NCBI GenBank assembly: GCA_963708295.1
Contig: CAVPSJ010000012.1
Location: 192,001 to 256,000 of the forward strand
Length of the DNA stretch: 64,000 nt
Direction: 5' to 3'
Origin: an uncultured delta proteobacterium
GTDB taxonomy: Bacteria; Desulfobacterota; BSN033; UBA1163
A model generated the notes under the pieces. It saw only the letters and a program-made list of their open reading frames with translations, searched no databases and was not told where the DNA came from. The translations under genes and the position numbers were made by a program. Below, one piece after another: positions 57,929-64,000 of the stretch; the first letter of the stretch is position 1; each line of letters opens with the position of its first letter.

Positions 57929-58375
57929 CTATCCTTGTCTGCTATCCAATAAAAGCGTGACCGGTCCGTCGTTGACGAGATGAACCTCCATCTTGGCTTG
58001 AAATTCACCGGTCTCAACAGAAACGTCCTGTCCTCTTAATTTGAAAATGAATTGTTCATAGAGAGGCTTCGCAGCGGTCGGTTCTTCTGCTTCCGTGAAA
58101 GAAGGCCTTCTCCCTCTCCGGCAATCGCCGTAGAGGGTGAACTGGGATACAACCAAAATCTGTCCGCCTATTTCTTTCAACGATAGATTGAATTTTCCGG
58201 AGGCATCTTCGAAGATTCTCAGTCCAGGTATCTTTGAGGTTAAAAAAGAGAGATCGCTCTCACCGTCTCCCTTCCCTACACCGAGGAACACCAGAAGGCC
58301 CTTTCCAATCTTCCCAGAGACCTGGCCATCCACGCTGACCTGGGCAGACTTAACCCTCTGAATGACAGCCCTCAT
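57929..58375 (-). CDS. dtd: D-aminoacyl-tRNA deacylase
   Basis: [19 protein letters not shown]. Confidence 0.96.
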   Translation of the reverse strand: MRAVIQRVKSAQVSVDGQVSGKIGKGLLVFLGVGKGDGESDLSFLTSKIPGLRIFEDASGKFNLSLKEIGGQILVVSQFTLYGDCRRGRRPSFTEAEEPTAAKPLYEQFIFKLRGQDVSVETGEFQAKMEVHLVNDGPVTLLLDSRQG

Positions 58376-58547
58376 AAAAACCTAAAATTCGAAATCCGAA
58401 TATCGGGCGAAGCGTCAGTCTCGGACTAATCTGAAATAAATCCAAAGTTTCATATGACTAAATATGAATCCATTATCTTATACTTGCAATTTAGCAATTT
58501 GAAATTGTTTCGAATTTCGGATTTCGTGCTTCGGGTTTCTTTTCAAA

Positions 58548-60644
58548 TCAGTCTTCCTTCTCTTTATCCTTCTTGGCCTGGGCAATCACTTTCTCGGCCA
58601 TTTGGGCCGGAACTTCTTCGTAATGGGAAAATTCCATAGTGAAGGTCCCCCGCCCCCCTGTTTTGGAATTAAGATCGGGCGCATATTTCAGCATTTCTGA
58701 CATGGGAACATTGGCTTCGATCATCTGATAATTTCCTTTGGCATCGACTCTCAAAACCCTCCCCCGGCGGCTGTTGAGATCGCCGATCACATCGCCGATC
58801 GTCTCATCCGGCGCCGTCACCACGACCTTCATGATCGGTTCGAGAAGCACCGGATTGGCATCCTGGACCCCTTTTTTAAAGGCCATGATGGCCGCAAGCT
58901 TGAAAGCCATTTCCGAGGAATCGACCTCGTGAGATTTTCCATCGTAAAATCGGACCTTCACGTCCACCACAGGAAAGCCCGCCAGCACGCCACTTTGCAT
59001 GGCTTCAACGATTCCCTTTTCAACTGCCGGAACAAAATTTCTTGGGACATTCATCCCGGTAAGGGCATTTTCAAATTCGAAACCCGAACCCCGCGGAAGA
59101 GCCGAAACATCGAAATGCACTTCAGCAAACTGCCCCCGGCCTCCGGTCTGTTTCTTATGACGATAGATCACGCCATTCTTTGCCCCCCGGATCGTCTCCT
59201 TGTAGGGAACCTTCGGAACACTGAGGTTGACCTCTACTCCGAACTTTCTCTTCAATTTTTCAACGATGACCTCGACATGGGTCTGCCCGACACCGGAGAG
59301 GATGATCTCGCCCGTCTGTTCATCCCGGCCCAGCATCATCGTCGGATCCTCTTCGTGAATACGTGCCAAAGAGGCAGTGATCTTATCCTCATCTCCCTTG
59401 CTCTTCGGAGTCAGCGCGTAGGAAACCACCGGAAGGGGCAACTTGGTCTCTTCGAAGATAATGGGCTTTTTCTCATCGGAGAAAGTGTCCCCTGTGGTCG
59501 TCTCCTTTAACTTGGCGACCGCCACGATATCCCCCACGCCGGCGAAGCCTACCGGTTTCTGCTTTTTTCCTTCCAGCAGGAAAATCTGGGCGATTCTCTC
59601 CCTCACATCCTTTTTGGAATTGTAGAGGTTGGAATCCGCATTCGCGGCCCCGGAATAGACCCTGAAGAGGTTCAGTTTCCCCGCGAAGGGGTCGGCGATC
59701 GTTTTAAACACAAACGCAGAGAAAGGCGCTTCTTCTTTCGGTTCACGAGTTTCGGGTTCTCCCGTCCTGGGATTCTTTCCTTGAACCGGACCCCTCTCCA
59801 GAGGAGAGGGAAAACACGAAATTGCCAGATCCAGGAGCGGTTGAATCCCCATATTTCGGACGGAGGATCCGCAGACAGCAGGAACCAACCTTCTTTCCAT
59901 CGTCCCTTTACGAAGACAGCGAACGACCTCCTCAACGGAAACTTCACCGGATTCCAGATATTTTTCCATCAACTGATCATCCATCTCCACGGCAGTTTCG
60001 ACCAGTTTTTCCCGGGCTCGCTCTACCTCCTCCTTCATGTCCTGTGGAACATCTTTGAGCTCGAACTGACCGCTTCCATCTTCCCTGTAAAAATAGGCTT
60101 TCCTTTGAATCAAGTCCACAATCCCCTTGAAACTTCCGTCTCCTCCGATAGGAAGCTGAATAGCAACGGCTGGCTGAGAAGGGAACGCCTTCTTCGCCTC
60201 TTCAACCACCTTGAGGAAGTTCGCCCGTTCCGTGTCCATTTTACTGACATAGAGAATCCGGGGTACCTGAAAGTCATTGGCGTATCCCCATACGGTTTCC
60301 GTCTGGACCTTGACGCCTGAATTTCCACTCACCACGATGACCGCTCCATCCACCACCCTCATGGAGGCTCTTGCCTCCGCGATGAAATTCGCGTACCCAG
60401 GCGTATCGATGACGTGAAAAGAATATTTATTCCACTCAAAATGAGAGAGAGAGGCGCTAATGCTAATTTTCCGATTAACTTCCTCCGGTTCAAAATCCAT
60501 TAAAGAAGAGCCATCGTCGACTCGACCCAGGCGGGTATTCTCTCCCGTATCAAAGAGAATGGCCTCGACCAGGGAAGTTTTTCCTTCCCCCCCGTGGCCA
60601 AAAGTTCCTATGTTGCGAATGGCGGTGGGCTCAGCTCGTTTCAT
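58548..60644 (-). CDS. fusA: Elongation factor G paralogue (EF-G2-like)
   Basis: GHGGEGKT, RKISI, DTPG, KKQTGGRGQF, HEVDSSE; not in the str operon. Confidence 0.9.
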   Translation of the reverse strand: MKRAEPTAIRNIGTFGHGGEGKTSLVEAILFDTGENTRLGRVDDGSSLMDFEPEEVNRKISISASLSHFEWNKYSFHVIDTPGYANFIAEARASMRVVDGAVIVVSGNSGVKVQTETVWGYANDFQVPRILYVSKMDTERANFLKVVEEAKKAFPSQPAVAIQLPIGGDGSFKGIVDLIQRKAYFYREDGSGQFELKDVPQDMKEEVERAREKLVETAVEMDDQLMEKYLESGEVSVEEVVRCLRKGTMERRLVPAVCGSSVRNMGIQPLLDLAISCFPSPLERGPVQGKNPRTGEPETREPKEEAPFSAFVFKTIADPFAGKLNLFRVYSGAANADSNLYNSKKDVRERIAQIFLLEGKKQKPVGFAGVGDIVAVAKLKETTTGDTFSDEKKPIIFEETKLPLPVVSYALTPKSKGDEDKITASLARIHEEDPTMMLGRDEQTGEIILSGVGQTHVEVIVEKLKRKFGVEVNLSVPKVPYKETIRGAKNGVIYRHKKQTGGRGQFAEVHFDVSALPRGSGFEFENALTGMNVPRNFVPAVEKGIVEAMQSGVLAGFPVVDVKVRFYDGKSHEVDSSEMAFKLAAIMAFKKGVQDANPVLLEPIMKVVVTAPDETIGDVIGDLNSRRGRVLRVDAKGNYQMIEANVPMSEMLKYAPDLNSKTGGRGTFTMEFSHYEEVPAQMAEKVIAQAKKDKEKED

Positions 60645-60729
60645 CTTTTCTCCTTTCGACGATTCATCCTATCTATAAGACTAATGGTATAAATTACCTT
60701 TTTTCCCCGTCAAAAGTCAACCCTTCCGG

Positions 60730-61190
60730 CGTCTTTGCCCGCCCCCGGTTTTCCTTTGTCCGGGACCGGGGTAGATCCCCTCCGAGGCTTCATAAGGCCC
60801 TCGTTAAGGGTAACCGGATCAAGGCCGTCGTGACATGGATGCCCTCTCTCCCACTTCAAACTGAGGCAGCCAAACTCTGAAGCGGCTGACCGATGAAGCC
60901 TCTTCAGGGACCCACCCCGATCCCGGGCGAAAATGAACCGACTCCTGAAGAAGGGCTCTCCTGTCGATCAAGACATCGAGGGGCAGGACACAGAGGGGCG
61001 GCTTGGAGAAGCTTTAGGGCGGCCACCTTTTAAGCAATTTCGGGAAAGAGTCCCAGCCCCTAATAAAGCCCTGATTCTTGGTACCGGCGAGGTTCTCCGC
61101 AACATCTGAAGATAGCCGCATCTTAAAGGTTCGGGCCGTATTGTGCCGCCTCTTCGGTCCAGAGAAGAAAAAGCTGGGGGAGGACAAGAT
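60730..61190 (+). ncRNA. Unknown structured non-coding element, copy A
   Basis: Paired ends with G-U wobbles, several internal stems, homology to 12525-12866; no ORF in the track except the putative 5' extension of the next gene. Confidence 0.55.
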
Positions 61191-61247
61191 TCGGCGTCTT
61201 TTATGGTCTTGCGAGGGAGGCTGACTTTCTTTTATATTTATGAGGTT

Positions 61248-62165
61248 ATGAAAGAAAAAGGAAAAGAATTCAAAAAGAGAATCAAGGATTATTTCATCGC
61301 CACCCGCCCCTGGTCTTTCATCATGTCTCTGATCTCAGTCTCGACAGGAACCCTCATCGCCGCAGAAGACGGTCCCATTCTTTGGGGATGGTTTTTCCTG
61401 GTCTGTATCGGAATCGTCTGTTTTCATGCGACTGCAAATATTTGCAACGATTACTTTGATACCCGTTACCGGGTGGACCAGCCCGATTCCCCTACGGCCC
61501 GCTACCGTCCACAGCCGATTCTGACGGGCATGTTCACTCCCTCCCAACTCCTGACCGAAGCGATCCTTCTCGCCGGAATAACCATTCTGATCGGTTTGAT
61601 CCTTTCCTTCGGGCGTTCTCTCCTTGTTTTTTGGATTGGATTGATTGGCTTTTTGGCCTGCGTATTTTATACGGCCGGACCGGTCAAATTGAAGTATAAG
61701 GCCTGCGGCGAACTTTTTGTCTTCCTCATGTGGGGACCTCTGATGTTCGCAGGGGCCTATGCGGTTCAACGGCAAGTTTTTTCCATGAAGGCTGTCTGCA
61801 TCTCTATCCCTTTCGGAATTCTCGTCGGGCTGGTTCTTCTGGCAAATAACATCCGGGACATTGCTTATGACTCCCGCCAGGGCATTCAAACGATCGGAAT
61901 CCTCCTGGGCACCCGGAGGGGCCTCTTCCTCTATGCCGGCCTTATCCTATCTGCCTATCTTTATGTGGTCGGAATAATAGCCGCCGGGATCCTGGGTCTC
62001 TGGGGACTGTTGGTCCTTCTCTCCCTTCCCAAAGCCATTTATCTTTTGAAGAGTTTTATGGAAAGGATGCCGGAAGCCGCTGACGCCATCACCGCTCAAC
62101 TGAATACCGTTTTCGGCCTACTCCTGATTCTTGCCCTGGTCCTGAATAGAATGGTGCCTTTGTGA
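61248..62165 (+). CDS. MenA/UbiA-family prenyltransferase
   Basis: ATRPWSF, NDYFD..VD, YTAGP..LKY, ANNIRD..D. Confidence 0.88.
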   Translation: MKEKGKEFKKRIKDYFIATRPWSFIMSLISVSTGTLIAAEDGPILWGWFFLVCIGIVCFHATANICNDYFDTRYRVDQPDSPTARYRPQPILTGMFTPSQLLTEAILLAGITILIGLILSFGRSLLVFWIGLIGFLACVFYTAGPVKLKYKACGELFVFLMWGPLMFAGAYAVQRQVFSMKAVCISIPFGILVGLVLLANNIRDIAYDSRQGIQTIGILLGTRRGLFLYAGLILSAYLYVVGIIAAGILGLWGLLVLLSLPKAIYLLKSFMERMPEAADAITAQLNTVFGLLLILALVLNRMVPL

Positions 62166-62752
62166 TCTGGGGAGCCGTCGTCTTAGCGTCTATGTGCTGG
62201 GCGATCACCTTTGGGTGGTCGGGCGGAAATTTTTGGGTAAAGATCGGCCTTTCGGTGGCAGCCGTCTCTCTTTATTCTCTATTCTGGAAGAAGCCAAACC
62301 TATCCTTTCACCTCCGCTCCTTCCTTTGGGGGCTTTTTTCTGCAGGGGTCCTTTACTTCATTTTTCTCCTGGGAAACAAAATTGCCCCCGCCATCCTTCC
62401 CGGAGCAAAAACCCAGGTGGGAGGAATTTATTCTTTGGGAGCGGGATCCAATAGGGTTCTCATCTTTCTACTTCTGTTCTTCATCACGGGCCCGGGAGAA
62501 GAGATTTTCTGGCGCGGATTTCTCCAGGATCGTCTGATGGAGAGATGGGGGAACCTCAGAGGGTCTCTGATGACCACTGCTCTCTACGCGGGAGTCCATG
62601 TCTTCTCCTGGAACCTGATGCTCATTCTGGCTGCTCTTGTCGCCGGCGCCTTTTGGGGCTTTTTGTATCTCTGGAAAAGAAACCTGCTGGTTCAAATCAC
62701 TTCACATTCTTTCTGGAGCGCTGTGATCTTCGCCGTAGCGCCGGTTCAATGA
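62162..62752 (+). CDS. CPBP (CAAX-like) intramembrane protease
   Basis: EEIFWRG, YAGVH, SHSFW. Confidence 0.85.
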   Translation: MIWGAVVLASMCWAITFGWSGGNFWVKIGLSVAAVSLYSLFWKKPNLSFHLRSFLWGLFSAGVLYFIFLLGNKIAPAILPGAKTQVGGIYSLGAGSNRVLIFLLLFFITGPGEEIFWRGFLQDRLMERWGNLRGSLMTTALYAGVHVFSWNLMLILAALVAGAFWGFLYLWKRNLLVQITSHSFWSAVIFAVAPVQ

Positions 62753-62845
62753 GAGAAAAGAATGAATGCGAGGGTGACGCTGGCTTGTGTCGGCGATTGA
62801 ACCCGTTAGAAATTCCATCGAGGTGTTAAACCCCGCCGAAGTTAT

Positions 62846-63014
62846 TAATGAGGCATAATTAAGGAGACATAATTATACTGCTCCGGAAAATCCCCATCCC
62901 CCTCCTAACCTCCCCCTTGAAGGGGGAGGAATACAACAATTTCCCTCCCCTTCAGGGGGAGGGGAAGGGTGGCGGTGGGCTTATTCAGATGTCTATTCAA
63001 TTATGGGCCGACTA
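62846..63014. mobile_element. MITE-like palindromic doublet, copy 2
   Basis: Homologous to 1488-1655; ends cataatt / aattatg. Confidence 0.75.
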
Positions 63015-63091
63015 ATATTTAGAATGTTATCCCGCTACAGCGGGGTCGCAAAAGTGGTCCGTTATTTCCATCGGGGGAAGGGGGGTCCGCC

Positions 63092-64000
63092 ATGATCCGT
63101 CCTGTCTTTTTCTCGGATCTGAAGGTTGATTCTGGGAAAACGCTGCTTGACAAATTGGACATCCTTTTGGATCGTGCTGATCTGAAGGGAAAGATCAAGG
63201 AAAAGGATCTGGTCGCGATCAAGCTCCATTTTGGGGAGAAAGGAAATACGGCCTACGTTCGTCCCATCTTTTTGAGGAGGGTGGTCGATCGAGTCAAGCA
63301 ATTGAAGGGGAAGCCTTTCCTGACGGACACCAACACCCTCTATACGGGAGCTCGAAGCGAGGCGGTTTCCCATTTAAACACAGCCGTCGAAAACGGGTTT
63401 GCAGAATCTGTCGTCAATGCTCCACTCCTGATCGCCGATGGCCTGAGAGGCAATAGTGCGGTAAAGGTCCGCATTGACAAACCCATTTTCAAAACAGTTT
63501 CCGTCGCCCATGGAATCTACATGTCAGACGCCCTCATCACCGTCACCCATTTCAAGGGCCATGAACTGTCCGGGTTTGGAGGAGCCTTGAAGAATCTTGG
63601 AATGGGATGCGCCAGCCGTGAAGGAAAGTTGAGCCAGCATTCAGCGATCTCGCCCAAGGTCAAGGGGAAGGCCTGCAAGGGCTGCGAAACCTGTCTCCGT
63701 TGGTGCGCACAGGAAGCGATTTCTATGCTTTCACTGAAATCGGGAGTCGAAGCGAAACGGGGCCATGCCTTTATTAATCCCAAGAAATGCGTCGGTTGTG
63801 GAGAGTGCATCCTCAGCTGTCGCTCGGGAGCGATTGAAGTTCAATGGAATGAGAGCATTCCTATCTTTCAAAAGAAGATGGTGGAGCATGCCTACGGAGT
63901 CGTCCAGAAGAAAAAGGGAAAGGTCCTCTATCTCAACTTTCTCACACAGGTCTCCCCTGCCTGTGATTGTTACGGATATTCCGATGCCCCTCTTGTCGGC
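63092..64000 (+). CDS. DUF362 domain protein with 4Fe-4S ferredoxin (runs off window)
   Basis: Own translation: AIKLHFGEKGN, HFKGH, GGALKNLGMGC, CKGCETC, CVGCGEC. Confidence 0.88.
   Translation, partial: MIRPVFFSDLKVDSGKTLLDKLDILLDRADLKGKIKEKDLVAIKLHFGEKGNTAYVRPIFLRRVVDRVKQLKGKPFLTDTNTLYTGARSEAVSHLNTAVENGFAESVVNAPLLIADGLRGNSAVKVRIDKPIFKTVSVAHGIYMSDALITVTHFKGHELSGFGGALKNLGMGCASREGKLSQHSAISPKVKGKACKGCETCLRWCAQEAISMLSLKSGVEAKRGHAFINPKKCVGCGECILSCRSGAIEVQWNESIPIFQKKMVEHAYGVVQKKKGKVLYLNFLTQVSPACDCYGYSDAPLVG

Noticed and set aside
60730-61190. Identification as tmRNA, RNase P RNA, 6S, SRP RNA or group II intron
   Set aside because: Hallmark motifs (tRNA-like ends, GAAAGTCC, SRP GGAA loop, domain V) were not found on either strand by eye

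Overview
Bacterial chromosomal window. Gene content and repeat families suggest a Desulfobacterota-like (deltaproteobacterial) genome; this is an inference. Many conserved genes are split by single-base frameshifts, most likely long-read assembly indels. Housekeeping genes flank the window: def, lgt, lspA, ileS, rsmI on the left, and amrB/A, dtd, an EF-G paralogue, a menA-like prenyltransferase and DUF362 on the right. Between them lies a ~43 kb monovalent-cation region. It holds a Na+-type V/A-ATPase operon, trkAH, kdpFABC, two kinase-less KdpD sensor proteins (one fused to PTS EIIA), two stand-alone 4HB-HAMP-PAS kinases, a REC-TPR regulator and a sigma54 activator with a matching promoter and enhancer. 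A c-di-AMP riboswitch heads an APC/USP/TrkA operon. Best candidates for undescribed biology: (1) tandem nhaA-I/DUF1646-like (Li+/Na+) riboswitches with terminators, upstream of uncharacterised small membrane proteins; (2) an unannotated 340-460 nt structured element in two diverged copies (12.5-12.9 kb and 60.7-61.2 kb); (3) the split KdpD/sigma54/c-di-AMP circuit; (4) a DUF559 nuclease gene flanked by the genome's palindromic repeat family and interrupted by an IS200/IS605-like mini-element whose removal restores the frame.
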